From the IMG/VR virus record IMGVR_UViG_3300017774_005745, positions 64,001 to 128,000 of that record: a stretch of 64,000 nt of DNA; one strand, 5' to 3'. The DNA is from a virus. Position numbers and translations under genes: made by a program. The notes beneath the pieces were generated by a model, which saw only the letters and a program-made list of their open reading frames with translations, ran no database searches and was not told the origin of the DNA. Numbering within the stretch: position 1 is the stretch's first letter; the number at the start of each line of letters is the position of its first letter. Shown here in pieces: positions 18,074-27,717 of this stretch.

Positions 18074-19867
18074 ATGACCGTAGTTACCAGTGAAGAGTAC
18101 TTCAGAAACAACTCCAATGTCGTCATATCGGAGAGTGGTCAGCCTGAGCCAAAGGAAGAATGGGATTACGAGAAGGAGGTCTTCGAGGGGTTCCTCGACC
18201 CTGATGAGATTGCGAAGCAGCAATCCGCCCTCCTCTCAGTAACGCCTTCGCAGTTCGTAGAGTTCTCCGTTCGAGTACCCGACAAGAAGTCTCAGAAGTT
18301 CCTCCCGTTTTCCTTTGATGGGAGAAAGTACCTTCGTCTGCCGTATGACACGCCCGCAAAGCGAACCCTCTACAAGTGTGGACGACAGGTAGAGAAGTCT
18401 ACCCTGCTAGGTAACAAGACGCTTGCCTATTGCTGCATCATCAACGCCTTCAACGTACTCTACGTCTCTCCTACAAACCAACAAACGAAGACCTTCTCTC
18501 AAGACCGTCTCAAAGAGCCAATGGAGACTTCGGAGGTCCTAAAGGCGTGGACCACCACGAAGCTCAGCGACAGCGTTTTCTTGAAGAAGTTCATCAATCG
18601 AAGCCAGATTACTCTCCGCTACGCATACCACAACGCAGACCGTACCCGTGGTATCCCTGCGGATATGATTCTCCTGGACGAGCTCCAGGACATCATCACG
18701 GAGAACATTCCGGTTATCGAACAGTGCGCCTCGCACTCACCGTTCAAGATCTTCATCTATTCTGGAACCCCAAAGTCGTTCGATAACTCCATCGAGTACT
18801 ACTGGTCGAACTACTCTACTCAGAATGAGTGGGTTGTCCCTTGCGACCACCACGGTACTCCTTCGGACCCTTCGACCTGGTTCTGGAATGTCCTTGGGGA
18901 AGAGAACATCGGAAAGAAAGGTCTCATCTGCTCCAAGTGCGGAGAGATTATCAATCCAATGCGCCCAGAGTCTAGATGGGCGATGATGAATGCCTCTGTG
19001 AAGGACAAGCTCACAGAGCCTTACGAGGGGTACAGAATTCCTCAGCTCATGGTTCCGTGGTTGAAGTGGAGTGAAATCCTAGACTCCTACACCACGTACC
19101 CACGACAGAAGTTTTTCAATGAGGTTCTTGGCGAGTCCTTTGACTCTGGAACCCGTCCACTAACTCGGCAAGACGTTATCGACAACTGTGACCCGAGTCT
19201 TCGAATGACTCCAGAAGGTCTCAGTGCCATCAAGAGCAAGATGTCAGGAGGCATGGACATCTTCGCAGGTATTGACTGGGGCACTGGTGAGAACACGTAC
19301 ACCATCATGTCCTTGGGGACGTACATCGACGGGAAGTTCACCATCTTCTACATCCATCGATTTGAAGGACAGGAGATGGAGCCACCGGTTCAGATAGAAA
19401 TCATTGCCGAGCTCATTCGGAAGTGGGACGTCAAGCTGGTTGGGGCAGACTACGGAGGCGGTTTCGATAGAAACGACGCCCTGGCGAGAATCTTCGGTAG
19501 AAACCGTATCGTCAAGTACCAGTACTCTACTCCAGGCCAGAAGGTGAAGTGGGATGAGAATCTCCACCGTTTCCTCGTTCACCGAACAGAGGTCATGACG
19601 GATATGTTCACCGCCATCAAACGAAGAGACGTCTTTCGGTTCCCGAACTGGGAGCAGTTTGAGGATCCGTTTGGTAAGGACCTTCTGAACATCTTCAGCG
19701 AACTGAACGAGCAGCTTCGGCAGATTCAGTACATGAAGACGCCAGATGCTACAGACGACTCGTTCCACTCTATCTTGGTCTGTCTTCTTGCCTCGATGCT
19801 GAAGTACCCACGCCCTGATATTCTCTCTCCGACGGCTAAGACATCAGGTGGTGACTCTGACGCCTAA
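18074..19867 (+). CDS. terL: Terminase large subunit
   Basis: Walker A-like CGRQVEKST, Walker B ILLDE, coupling motif YSGTP, RNase H-fold nuclease GIDWG / ADYGGG / DDSFH, and Zn-finger insert CDHH...CSKC. Confidence 0.9.
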   Translation: MTVVTSEEYFRNNSNVVISESGQPEPKEEWDYEKEVFEGFLDPDEIAKQQSALLSVTPSQFVEFSVRVPDKKSQKFLPFSFDGRKYLRLPYDTPAKRTLYKCGRQVEKSTLLGNKTLAYCCIINAFNVLYVSPTNQQTKTFSQDRLKEPMETSEVLKAWTTTKLSDSVFLKKFINRSQITLRYAYHNADRTRGIPADMILLDELQDIITENIPVIEQCASHSPFKIFIYSGTPKSFDNSIEYYWSNYSTQNEWVVPCDHHGTPSDPSTWFWNVLGEENIGKKGLICSKCGEIINPMRPESRWAMMNASVKDKLTEPYEGYRIPQLMVPWLKWSEILDSYTTYPRQKFFNEVLGESFDSGTRPLTRQDVIDNCDPSLRMTPEGLSAIKSKMSGGMDIFAGIDWGTGENTYTIMSLGTYIDGKFTIFYIHRFEGQEMEPPVQIEIIAELIRKWDVKLVGADYGGGFDRNDALARIFGRNRIVKYQYSTPGQKVKWDENLHRFLVHRTEVMTDMFTAIKRRDVFRFPNWEQFEDPFGKDLLNIFSELNEQLRQIQYMKTPDATDDSFHSILVCLLASMLKYPRPDILSPTAKTSGGDSDA

Positions 19868-19905
19868 AAAAAGAAAGCACACGAAAGGAGGGACGTGTGC
19901 TTTCT
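19864..19905. terminator. Intrinsic bidirectional terminator
   Basis: 12-bp stem AGAAAGCACACG/CGTGTGCTTTCT; T-tract then TAG on the - strand. Confidence 0.8.
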
Positions 19906-19936
19906 CCGAGAAGTTTTCACTCCTCTTTTGAACTTC

Positions 19937-20374
19937 TTACGGCGTTGAGGCTGCCTTCGGAACTGGCGCGAGACGAACGATCTGCTTCTTGTCGTTCTGC
20001 TCGGTGTACTTGATGCCGAGTGCGGGCCACTTGCGAGCGGCCGGAATCAGCAGGCGGATGCCCTGGTAGAAGAGCCACACGCCGCCGAGCGGGGCGAGGG
20101 CGATTCCCACGGTGATCATCGCGTTCTTCACCTTCACGAGGACCGACTTCGTCGTGTCGATGGCAGTCGGCTCGTACCGAATCCCACGAATCTTGTTGGC
20201 GCGGCGGAAGTCTCCCTCCTCCTCCGCGTGGGCCGCTGCCTCCTCCAACAGGACCTTGAGCGTCTCCTTCGGGATGCTGGCTTCTTGGTGGCCTGACGAG
20301 GAGCCGAGATCGATGACATGACCGGCCACGGGAGCAGGAGCAGCCTGCGGCTGTGGGTTTTGCTGAACGTCCAT
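19937..20374 (-). CDS. Single-pass membrane protein (145 aa), GC-rich, monocistronic
   Basis: ATG 20374 with GAGGGG RBS; hydrophobic segment MITVGIALAPLGGVWLFYQGI. Confidence 0.7.
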   Translation of the reverse strand: MDVQQNPQPQAAPAPVAGHVIDLGSSSGHQEASIPKETLKVLLEEAAAHAEEEGDFRRANKIRGIRYEPTAIDTTKSVLVKVKNAMITVGIALAPLGGVWLFYQGIRLLIPAARKWPALGIKYTEQNDKKQIVRLAPVPKAASTP

Positions 20375-20423
20375 TTGTTTGTTTCCCCTCTGAAGAGAAC
20401 GGACACGGAATGATTCCGTGTTC

Positions 20424-20457
20424 ATAACTCTTATCCCGAGGTCCTTCACGTATTTGC
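20424..20457 (-). promoter_or_regulatory. Phage promoter-like motif
   Basis: GCAA-N19-ATAAG-AGTTAT-GAAC, followed by an 8-bp hairpin ACACGGAA/TTCCGTGT in the leader. Confidence 0.7.
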
Positions 20458-21132
20458 TTTGACGCGTTTGAACAGTTTTTCTTTTTCGGACTCCATTCCC
20501 TTGATGACTTCTTCGGCAGAGGTCGGGCTGCTGACCTTGGACCACATGAGGATGCACGTGCGCATGCGTACCCTGGCTGCGTCGATTTGTTTGTGAAGGA
20601 GCTGGTACTGGAGTGATTGGCTAAACCCATCGCGAGTCGACAGTCTCTTCAAGAACGCCATACAGAGCTTGAAGAATGGAACGTAGGGATTCAGAAGTCC
20701 GAGATGATTCCGGAGGCTTTCGAGTGCGACCTCATCCAGCCGCTCAAACACTTCCACCCATTGTCTCATCTCCTCGTCTACCCAGTCACTCTTGAGAAGA
20801 GAGAGCTCGACCTCTTTCATGAGAATGGCGGCATACTCGGCGTTTGGGCGGAGGGGGTCGGATTGGATGTCGAGCATCCTCCTCGCGACCATCATGTCCT
20901 GCTCAAGTTTCTCAACCCTCCGTAGCAACAGGAAGAAGTTCTTCCTATTGAAGGCGGGAAGGTCGACTCCAGTCTCAGCCGCCAACTGCTCGACATCTTC
21001 TTTCAGCAGTACTACCTTTCCGCTTTGGTTTGACTTTCGGAGATAACCCTGCTTGATATAGTTATGGATGGTGCGCTTCGAGCAGCCGAGGCGGTTCGCA
21101 GCTTCTTGAAATGAGTAGAAAAGGCTTCCCAC
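20446..21132 (-). CDS. HTH (MerR/excisionase-like) DNA-binding protein with C-terminal helical domain
   Basis: YSFQEAANRLGCSKRTIHNYIKQGYL signature; GTG start with GGAGG RBS; divergent from the head operon. Confidence 0.8.
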   Translation of the reverse strand: MGSLFYSFQEAANRLGCSKRTIHNYIKQGYLRKSNQSGKVVLLKEDVEQLAAETGVDLPAFNRKNFFLLLRRVEKLEQDMMVARRMLDIQSDPLRPNAEYAAILMKEVELSLLKSDWVDEEMRQWVEVFERLDEVALESLRNHLGLLNPYVPFFKLCMAFLKRLSTRDGFSQSLQYQLLHKQIDAARVRMRTCILMWSKVSSPTSAEEVIKGMESEKEKLFKRVKANT

Positions 21133-21187
21133 GTATCCTCCAGAATTTTACCCTCAAGGTAACCACTACTTTTAGGAGCTCACCGCA

Positions 21188-22291
21188 ATGGACGATTTTA
21201 CTAATTATCTCATGAGCGGAAAAAGCCACGCCAAGCTCTCTCCTGAAATGCTTGAGATGATGGGCAAAGAAGCTGCCACGATGTTCCTCAAAGATAGTAT
21301 CCCTCTCAATGAGGGTATTTCAAAACTCGCTGCCCAGCACGACTCTATCTCTCCAGAACAAGTGAAGCGAGTTGTGGAGTTTGCGAATACTGCTGTTTAC
21401 CTGGCGAAGCATGACCAGAGCAAGGCGTCTGGCTCTGAGCACAGCTACCCTCAGTTTGACCTGGCAGATGCTGGCCGGGTGATTCAAGATTTGTCTGATG
21501 GCGCACGTTCTACTGTGGTAACAGAGACCGACATCGACTACAACAGACAAATCAAGAAGACGAAGGTCTCTTCACCAGAGACAGAACGAGCTCTCTCCGA
21601 GCTTTTCAAGGTTGCTGAAGTTGAAAAGGAATACAGCAAAGAAACGATTGTTCACGAGGTCATGTCCGCAAAGGAGACTCTCTCTTCCCTGAGAGATAAC
21701 CTGATGGACAGGTACAACCAACATGAGGCCCTCTTCAAGGAAGCGGCGGCTGAGTTCTACGACGTGCTCAAGCGTCAGATTCTTGATGGAGGCTCCTTCG
21801 GCGAGGCTTACGCTGCAACCGAGACTATAACTGGCGACGAGACCAAGAAGCTTTTGGAGCCTGTTGTCCAGCGTCTTATTCAGGAGAAGGTTGCTTCTGT
21901 CTCGCAGCTAAAGAAGCAGCTCGCCGAGGGGGAAAAGTTTGCTCATAGCTTGGTTGATACAAGCCACCCTCTCATTCAGTCTTACTCGGCCATGATCATG
22001 TCCGGTGAAGAACTGAGAAGCACCATTGTTGCGTTGGATGAAGTGCAGGATGAGTTGAAGGATGTGAATGACTTCATCAAGAATGCATTCGCCCCTGCGG
22101 TGATGGCAGCAGGTAGAGGTCTCCTTGCTGCGGGGTCCGGCTTGCTGAGAGCGAAGACGCTTGGTGGGTCGATCGCAAGAGGGGCAGTCGGTGAAATGCG
22201 GAAGAATCCCGTCTCCACCGTTGCCAACGTGGCCGCCATGGTTCCCAAGAAGCAGCCAGCACCGGTTCCCCCTACTAACGTAGGAGGATAA
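21188..22291 (+). CDS. Putative head morphogenesis or internal protein with K-x-A motifs and basic C-terminal tail
   Basis: First gene of the head operon; KEAA, KLAA, KVAE, KVAS, KNAF; AGGAG RBS. Confidence 0.45.
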   Translation: MDDFTNYLMSGKSHAKLSPEMLEMMGKEAATMFLKDSIPLNEGISKLAAQHDSISPEQVKRVVEFANTAVYLAKHDQSKASGSEHSYPQFDLADAGRVIQDLSDGARSTVVTETDIDYNRQIKKTKVSSPETERALSELFKVAEVEKEYSKETIVHEVMSAKETLSSLRDNLMDRYNQHEALFKEAAAEFYDVLKRQILDGGSFGEAYAATETITGDETKKLLEPVVQRLIQEKVASVSQLKKQLAEGEKFAHSLVDTSHPLIQSYSAMIMSGEELRSTIVALDEVQDELKDVNDFIKNAFAPAVMAAGRGLLAAGSGLLRAKTLGGSIARGAVGEMRKNPVSTVANVAAMVPKKQPAPVPPTNVGG

Positions 22292-22292
22292 A

Positions 22293-22709
22293 ATGCTCCA
22301 GAAGCGATTGCTGAAGCTCTCTTCAGTGTCACAGGCACTTCGCAAGCTTGCTGCTCGTGGGATGGGAAATCTTGCGGCAGTCGAGCGACAGGCGACCTTT
22401 AAGAACTTACAGAGCAATGCAGCCGCAGAGCACGCGGCCACTAAGGCAGCCCCAACTCCAGCCCCTACCCCAGTACAAACGAAATCGGCCCCAGTAGCTG
22501 CTGCATCGAAGGCGGCTCCTGCCGCAAAGCCAGGAGTGATGGGTCGAATCGCAGACCACTTCGGGAAGCAAGTAGGTAAACACGGAGTTCTCCCCGTCGC
22601 TGCTTCTGTTGCTGGTGGAGCGATGCTCGCATCCGGTGCAGCCAAAGTTCCGTCAAACTACCGAAAGTTTAAAGCTGGGTTTAGGCCAGAAAATCACCCA
22701 TACCACTGA
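22293..22709 (+). CDS. Basic Ala/Pro/Lys-rich putative internal head protein
   Basis: KLSS and KLAA near the N-terminus, AP-rich linker, hydrophobic VLPVAASVAGGAMLASG; GGAGG RBS. Confidence 0.45.
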   Translation: MLQKRLLKLSSVSQALRKLAARGMGNLAAVERQATFKNLQSNAAAEHAATKAAPTPAPTPVQTKSAPVAAASKAAPAAKPGVMGRIADHFGKQVGKHGVLPVAASVAGGAMLASGAAKVPSNYRKFKAGFRPENHPYH

Positions 22710-23380
22710 TGGAGTATACTGTGAGCCACGAAGATATTCTAAGAGAAGTAAGTGAGTATGAGCCCGAGCTCATGGATAAGACAGCTCAGGCTATTGCCCT
22801 GACCTCTAAACTCTACCCTGCCTTCGCTCCTGGCATCTTCGAGGACTTTGAAGTCATCCTTGGGACAGTCGAGGAGAAGACTGCGAGTATTGCAGATTTG
22901 GCGAAGAAGGTCCCAGAGGGAGCGAAGAGAGTTGGATTGGCTCTCGGAGCTACGGCGGGTGCTGCTCTTATGAGTGCGCTTGCGACGGACCTCTATGATG
23001 CGGCTCGTAGAGGTATCTCCAAGGGGAGTAACTTCAAACGAATCATGGAAGCCAACCCTACTCTGAAGAAGGAAGTCGACAGTAAGAAACTCACGATGGC
23101 TTTCAACGCCATTCACCGTTTCGCTCCAGACTTCACTGCGGACCCGATGGTCGGTGGGGCTCTCCTTCGACAGGTTGCAGACCTTCCTGAGATGAGCGTG
23201 AAGATGATGCAGGACCTCATCTCCTCTCAATCATCTCTCAATAACGCGAAGTCGAAGCACTTCCAGGAACTGGCCAAGCTCCCCACTCTGCTCGCAAAGA
23301 CGGAGAAAATGGACGTTGGCGCACTCGGTGAAGCGACTTATAAGGCCATGGTAAACGCTCGTAAGCGCAACACGCCGTAA
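22709..23380 (+). CDS. Putative internal head protein with hydrophobic Gly/Ala helix
   Basis: KTAQ and KTAS motifs; VGLALGATAGAALMSALA segment; start overlaps the upstream stop. Confidence 0.45.
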   Translation: MEYTVSHEDILREVSEYEPELMDKTAQAIALTSKLYPAFAPGIFEDFEVILGTVEEKTASIADLAKKVPEGAKRVGLALGATAGAALMSALATDLYDAARRGISKGSNFKRIMEANPTLKKEVDSKKLTMAFNAIHRFAPDFTADPMVGGALLRQVADLPEMSVKMMQDLISSQSSLNNAKSKHFQELAKLPTLLAKTEKMDVGALGEATYKAMVNARKRNTP

Positions 23381-23389
23381 GAGGCCCAG

Positions 23390-24970
23390 ATGGATAAGCA
23401 AATCCAGTTCTACGGTCAGACCGAGTCAGGCATCTTCTGCCAGTCTCTCTTTGGTTCCTACGGGACCTTTGAGAAGCAGGCAGGTGCTCCTCCGTTTGCT
23501 GACTGGGATACTGGAGATGCTCTTCGCAAGTACCTCAGCAAGCTTTCGAAGGAAGATAGAAAGAGCAACATCTACGTACTGGTGAATGCGCTTGGAGCTG
23601 GTGAGTACTTCGGCTCGAACATCAATTCCGATTACTTTCCTTGGAATGCCCTATCCCACGAAGGCAACGACTACGGGTTCAAGACGTTCGAGACCTTCGC
23701 CCACGCCTACCAGCACCACAAGAACAAGGACCCGACCCGAGCTTTCGGAGTGCCTGTTCTTTCTGTTCTGAATCACCCAATGAAGAGAGTCGAGCTCATC
23801 GTTCGACTCAACCGAGTCAAAGCAAAAGAAGAGCAAGCAGACGGTATCATCACTCGCATCGAGGGTGGTGAGTTTCCGGACGTATCGATGGGATGCAAGG
23901 TCCCATTTGACGTCTGCTCTATCTGCGGTCAGAAGTCGAAGACGCGGTTCGATTACTGCCAGCACATGATGCCTCCTGCTGAGCTCAGGAGCGTCTATGG
24001 GCCAAACAAGATTCTCCCAGATGGTCGTAGAATCTACGTCATCAACACACAGCCTAAGTTCTTCGACATCAGCTTCGTCTTCATCGGCGCTGACAAAACC
24101 GCTAAGGTCATGGCAAAGGTCGCTTCAAAGGGTGACTTGATTTGCCTGGGAGATGTTTGTGCTGTTCCTTCTCTCTCAACTCACGTACAAGAGGTCACTT
24201 CAGGTGACCCTGTTTCTGTCGCTGGAATGTTCAAAGCTGCTTCAGGAACGTGTGCTTGCGGGTGTGGGACCTGCGACCCATTCGAGAAGCTCGCCGAAGG
24301 ATTCGAAGTAAAGACCAGTGAGATTCTGAAACAAGTCCCTGCTGGTCACTTCACGAAGACGGTTCTTCCTGCCATTGAGGCTTCGGAACCAGACCTGGGA
24401 ACGGACTCTCTGGATGAGATGGCCGAGGGTCATTCGTTGAAGGACATCGTTGGCAATACCATGGGTCTTGGTATCGTCCTAAAGCCCCACGAGTTCCAGC
24501 GAATCGTTCTTATCCGTATGGGTGAAAAGGACCTGGCAAATGAGCTTGATTCAACTAACAGTGTCTTTAGACGAGTCGAAGGTGTCAATCCATTGCTCGA
24601 CACCGACCCATCTCTGGATGGCTCCAAACTCATCGACCTGCTCAAGTCCTTTATCTCTTCTCGTTCCGGACTTGGAGAGCCGCTCAAGCTCCGGTCAGCT
24701 CGTCCAGCGATAAATAAAATCCCTCTTCCCACTCGTAAATCAATCGAACATCCTATCTTAGACAAGGTCAGTGCTGCCTATAACGGTTATAGGCAGAATC
24801 TTTTGACGAAACTTTCAAAGGTTGAAGCAGTGGTTCAGAGCGACCCGAAGTTGAGAGCACAAATCGAGGGACGAACATTGTCGAGTCTGTTTGATAAGAC
24901 TTCTTCGCTCTCCTCTATCCTGACTCCCGATTCTGTGATGTACTTGAAGGGCGCATACACTGAGAGGTAA
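23390..24970 (+). CDS. Prohead (capsid maturation) protease with C-terminal extension
   Basis: HK97/assemblin-type pattern: His in HHKNKD, Ser in VSMGC, followed by CSICG...YCQH; lies upstream of the scaffold-like genes and capsid. Confidence 0.75.
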   Translation: MDKQIQFYGQTESGIFCQSLFGSYGTFEKQAGAPPFADWDTGDALRKYLSKLSKEDRKSNIYVLVNALGAGEYFGSNINSDYFPWNALSHEGNDYGFKTFETFAHAYQHHKNKDPTRAFGVPVLSVLNHPMKRVELIVRLNRVKAKEEQADGIITRIEGGEFPDVSMGCKVPFDVCSICGQKSKTRFDYCQHMMPPAELRSVYGPNKILPDGRRIYVINTQPKFFDISFVFIGADKTAKVMAKVASKGDLICLGDVCAVPSLSTHVQEVTSGDPVSVAGMFKAASGTCACGCGTCDPFEKLAEGFEVKTSEILKQVPAGHFTKTVLPAIEASEPDLGTDSLDEMAEGHSLKDIVGNTMGLGIVLKPHEFQRIVLIRMGEKDLANELDSTNSVFRRVEGVNPLLDTDPSLDGSKLIDLLKSFISSRSGLGEPLKLRSARPAINKIPLPTRKSIEHPILDKVSAAYNGYRQNLLTKLSKVEAVVQSDPKLRAQIEGRTLSSLFDKTSSLSSILTPDSVMYLKGAYTER

Positions 24971-25082
24971 CTTCAACCACGCAGCATAAGTGCAGACGAT
25001 AGAATGTCTGATTTCACAGCCTAGAGGCAACAGCCTCAAAGACGGCAAAAACCAAACTCGTAACACTCGGAGAAAAACACAA

Positions 25083-25892
25083 ATGGATCCACGTCTCGCT
25101 GAAATCTATGGAAATGGCGCTGAAGAAACCCAAGACGCAGAGAAGCTGGCCACTGCTGAGCTCGCTGAGAAGCTTGCCGCAGATGAGTCGGTGAACCTTG
25201 AGGGAATGTCATCTGACGACCTTGAGGCCCTCGCTCAGGAAGTCCTTGCCTCTGGTGCAGAGACTGAAGAGCCTGCCGCTGAGGAGCCTGCCGCAGAAGA
25301 GCAGTCTGAAGAGACCGAAGAGACCCAGGACAAGGAAGCCTCTGAGAAGCTTGCAGAAGCTGACTACCTCGGCCGCGTGATGGCTCACTCGTACGTCAAG
25401 GAGCTTCGCGAGATTGAGAAGACTGCTGGTAAGATGGGAGACTTGGCCAGGAAGGCAGGCGGCCACGTCAAGCGCCACGCTTCCGATGTTAAGGAAGGCT
25501 TTAAGGACCTCGCGCACATGGCGAGAAGCCCTCGTCAAGCAGCCAGCGCAGCCAAGGAGAGCATCAAGTCTCAGGGCGTGAAGGGAACTCTCAAGGGTAA
25601 CAAGAATGCTCTGAAGGCCCTCGGAGCAACCGGAACTGCTGCTGCAGGTGGTGCGTACAAGATGAAGAGCAAGAAGTCGTCCGAGACGTCTGCTCTCGAC
25701 ACCCTCGCAGCTCAGCGCGCTCTTGAGATTCTCGAAGAGAACGGCATTGACCTGAACGAGGAGACTGAGGAGAAGACTGCCTCGCCTGCCGACGTTCTTG
25801 CAGCCGCTGTTCAGGCTCGTGCAGTTGAGCTCTTGCAGGAAGAGGGCTACGAGTTCGAAGAGTCGGATGCCGAGACCGAAGAGGCTGAGTAA
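25083..25892 (+). CDS. Acidic scaffold-like head protein with an internal basic module
   Basis: ATG 25083 after GGAG; Glu/Ala-rich helices; basic block between KTAG and KSSE. Confidence 0.55.
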   Translation: MDPRLAEIYGNGAEETQDAEKLATAELAEKLAADESVNLEGMSSDDLEALAQEVLASGAETEEPAAEEPAAEEQSEETEETQDKEASEKLAEADYLGRVMAHSYVKELREIEKTAGKMGDLARKAGGHVKRHASDVKEGFKDLAHMARSPRQAASAAKESIKSQGVKGTLKGNKNALKALGATGTAAAGGAYKMKSKKSSETSALDTLAAQRALEILEENGIDLNEETEEKTASPADVLAAAVQARAVELLQEEGYEFEESDAETEEAE

Positions 25893-25897
25893 TTTCT

Positions 25898-25931
25898 ACT
25901 CATGGGGGAGGGGAAACTCTCCCCCATGAGT
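25898..25931 (+). promoter_or_regulatory. Strong intergenic hairpin (terminator or processing site)
   Basis: 13-bp stem ACTCATGGGGGAG/CTCCCCCATGAGT; contains both candidate ATGs of the next ORF; no U-tract. Confidence 0.55.
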
Positions 25932-26219
25932 TCATTCAGGAGACGTTCTGTGGGTTCCAATAACAAGTCCAAGCTGAGTTTGGGAGTGTTACTGGGATTC
26001 TCAGATGAGCTCCAAAAGATTGCAATGAGCCCAATTGGGCCATCGACGGTTGGGGAAGTGACAAAGGTAGTATCCCGCAAGGGAACGTCACTATCGACAA
26101 AACAACCAAAGTATAGCAAAGTCCCAAAAGATCTGACCCCACCAGCATCTCCAGTAGACTTCGCTCAGAGTTCTAAAGCAGTTCAACCGCCCCCTGTAAC
26201 GATGCTTAGGGGAGATTAG
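25902..26219 (+). CDS. Small basic protein with GFSDELQKIA motif
   Basis: Shares F.DEL.KIAM with ORF 46398-46697; start is 25902 or 25926. Confidence 0.6.
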   Translation: MGEGKLSPMSSFRRRSVGSNNKSKLSLGVLLGFSDELQKIAMSPIGPSTVGEVTKVVSRKGTSLSTKQPKYSKVPKDLTPPASPVDFAQSSKAVQPPPVTMLRGD

Positions 26220-26228
26220 TCGGAGACC

Positions 26229-27296
26229 ATGATGCACACAAAGCTTGCAGGTCAAGTCTCTCTGCACGAAATGATTTCAAGCGTGATTTCTGACGCTCAA
26301 GTCAAGCTCGCAGCAGAGGGCGATGAGAAGAAGATGGAGAAGAAGGTTCCCCCTTTCATGATGAAGAAGAAGGACTCAAAGAAGGAGGACGAGGAGAAGG
26401 AGAAGAAGTCCTCTGCCGACTTCGATTCTTCTGACATCGAGAAGCTCGCATCTGCTCTTGAGCAGGTCGGTGAGAAGATTGCTGCTGACGCTTCGTATCT
26501 CGGAACCGAGAAGAAGCAAGGCGGAGAGACTCTCGCTACGATGGCGATGGTTGGCGGCAAGCAGCCATACAAGCACGACAAGTCCAAGGCGCATAACGTG
26601 CCGATGCACACGCCAGAGCAGAAGGCAGAAGTCGGTGCCTCTACTCAAGTGCAGAATGACCACGCCAAGGCCCCAGGTGGAGCGGCATACCCAGCAAAGG
26701 GTGTCCTCAAGACTGCGGCTGAAGGCGTGATGGCCAAGATTCAAGCTCTCAAGAAGGGCAATGAGGGCGAGAAGAAGGAAGAGAAGAAAGAGGACAAGAA
26801 GGAGGAGCCCAAGAAGGAAGAGGCCAAGGAGAAGAAGTCGGCCGCTCTTGAGTTCATCCTGAACAAGATGTCTGAGGCAAAGGGCGGTGGTGAGGTCCTT
26901 ACCGATGACACTGTGAAGACCTCCCCTCCCTCCGACTCAAAGGGCGGTAACAACGTCCGTGGTCCCCTTGAATCGAACATGGGTGCCATCAACATGAAGA
27001 AGGTCGATGGAAAGGGCCCTCAGAAGAAGATGCTTTCTGAGGTTCTGACTGAGCCTGCGTACTCGAAGGCCCACGACTCAAAGGTTCATGAGAATCTGCG
27101 GAACGCCTCCAAGGGTGGCGTGAAGATCGCAGCAGCAAAGGCACTCCTTCAGAAGATTGCCGAGGATGAGAAAGATCCTCGTCATGAGCAACTGAAGAAG
27201 TCGCTTGAGAAGAAGAAGTTGGAGAAGAAGAGTATGGGTGCCGGTCCAGCAATGGGTGCTGGAATGTCGCCTCCGAAGCCAATGGGAATGATGTAA
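26229..27296 (+). CDS. Lys/Glu-rich scaffold-like or internal head protein (about 9 K-x-A/S motifs)
   Basis: KLAG, KLAA, KSSA, KLAS, KIAA, KTAA, KSAA, KIAA, KIAE; highly charged low-complexity linkers. Confidence 0.5.
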   Translation: MMHTKLAGQVSLHEMISSVISDAQVKLAAEGDEKKMEKKVPPFMMKKKDSKKEDEEKEKKSSADFDSSDIEKLASALEQVGEKIAADASYLGTEKKQGGETLATMAMVGGKQPYKHDKSKAHNVPMHTPEQKAEVGASTQVQNDHAKAPGGAAYPAKGVLKTAAEGVMAKIQALKKGNEGEKKEEKKEDKKEEPKKEEAKEKKSAALEFILNKMSEAKGGGEVLTDDTVKTSPPSDSKGGNNVRGPLESNMGAINMKKVDGKGPQKKMLSEVLTEPAYSKAHDSKVHENLRNASKGGVKIAAAKALLQKIAEDEKDPRHEQLKKSLEKKKLEKKSMGAGPAMGAGMSPPKPMGMM

Positions 27297-27315
27297 GGGA
27301 AAGGAGCCAACCAAC

Positions 27316-27678
27316 ATGGAAAAGCTAAGCAACGTTCAAGTCGGTGAGATGATGAAGCTGGCTGCCGGTTCGCTCCGTTCTCTTGCAGAAGAGAACCAGC
27401 AACTGAAGGAGAAGGTGGCAGCCTTCGAACACAGAGAGCGCGTGGAGAAGATTGCTTCTCAGATGGAAGAGAAGAGCCTCAACACCGACCTCTCGTACGA
27501 AGAGAAGATTGCCTCCCTCATGCGCAAGGACAACCTTGATGCAGTTGAAGAGGCAATTGGAATGTCTGCCCCTCAAACGAAGCTGGCGTCGATTTCTGAC
27601 TCTGGCAACGTTGTAGTTGAGGGTTCTGGAAATACTGCGGAAGATAGCTTCGCAGCTTCACTCGTTGGACTCGACTAA
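27316..27678 (+). CDS. Small coiled-coil scaffold-like protein
   Basis: Six K-x-A/S motifs in 120 aa; AGGAG RBS; two genes before the capsid gene. Confidence 0.5.
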   Translation: MEKLSNVQVGEMMKLAAGSLRSLAEENQQLKEKVAAFEHRERVEKIASQMEEKSLNTDLSYEEKIASLMRKDNLDAVEEAIGMSAPQTKLASISDSGNVVVEGSGNTAEDSFAASLVGLD

Positions 27679-27717
27679 CTCGCTCTACCAACACAAAACA
27701 CCTAACGGAGAATACAC

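Noticed and set aside
18074-19867. Intein in terminase or RNAP
   Set aside because: No Cys/Ser-start...His-Asn-end splicing motifs or LAGLIDADG blocks; the terminase insert is a short Zn finger.
4355-21170. AACCACT as a late (+ strand) promoter
   Set aside because: Seen before the RNAP gene (about 4362) and the head operon (about 21161) only; not found before terL or ORF 53893. Two sites are too few.
6630-24520. Additional GGATAAG matches inside genes (e.g. about 6643, 10423, 22774, 24510) as promoters
   Set aside because: They arise within coding sequence (Asp-Lys codons in the + strand cases) and are not at unit starts.
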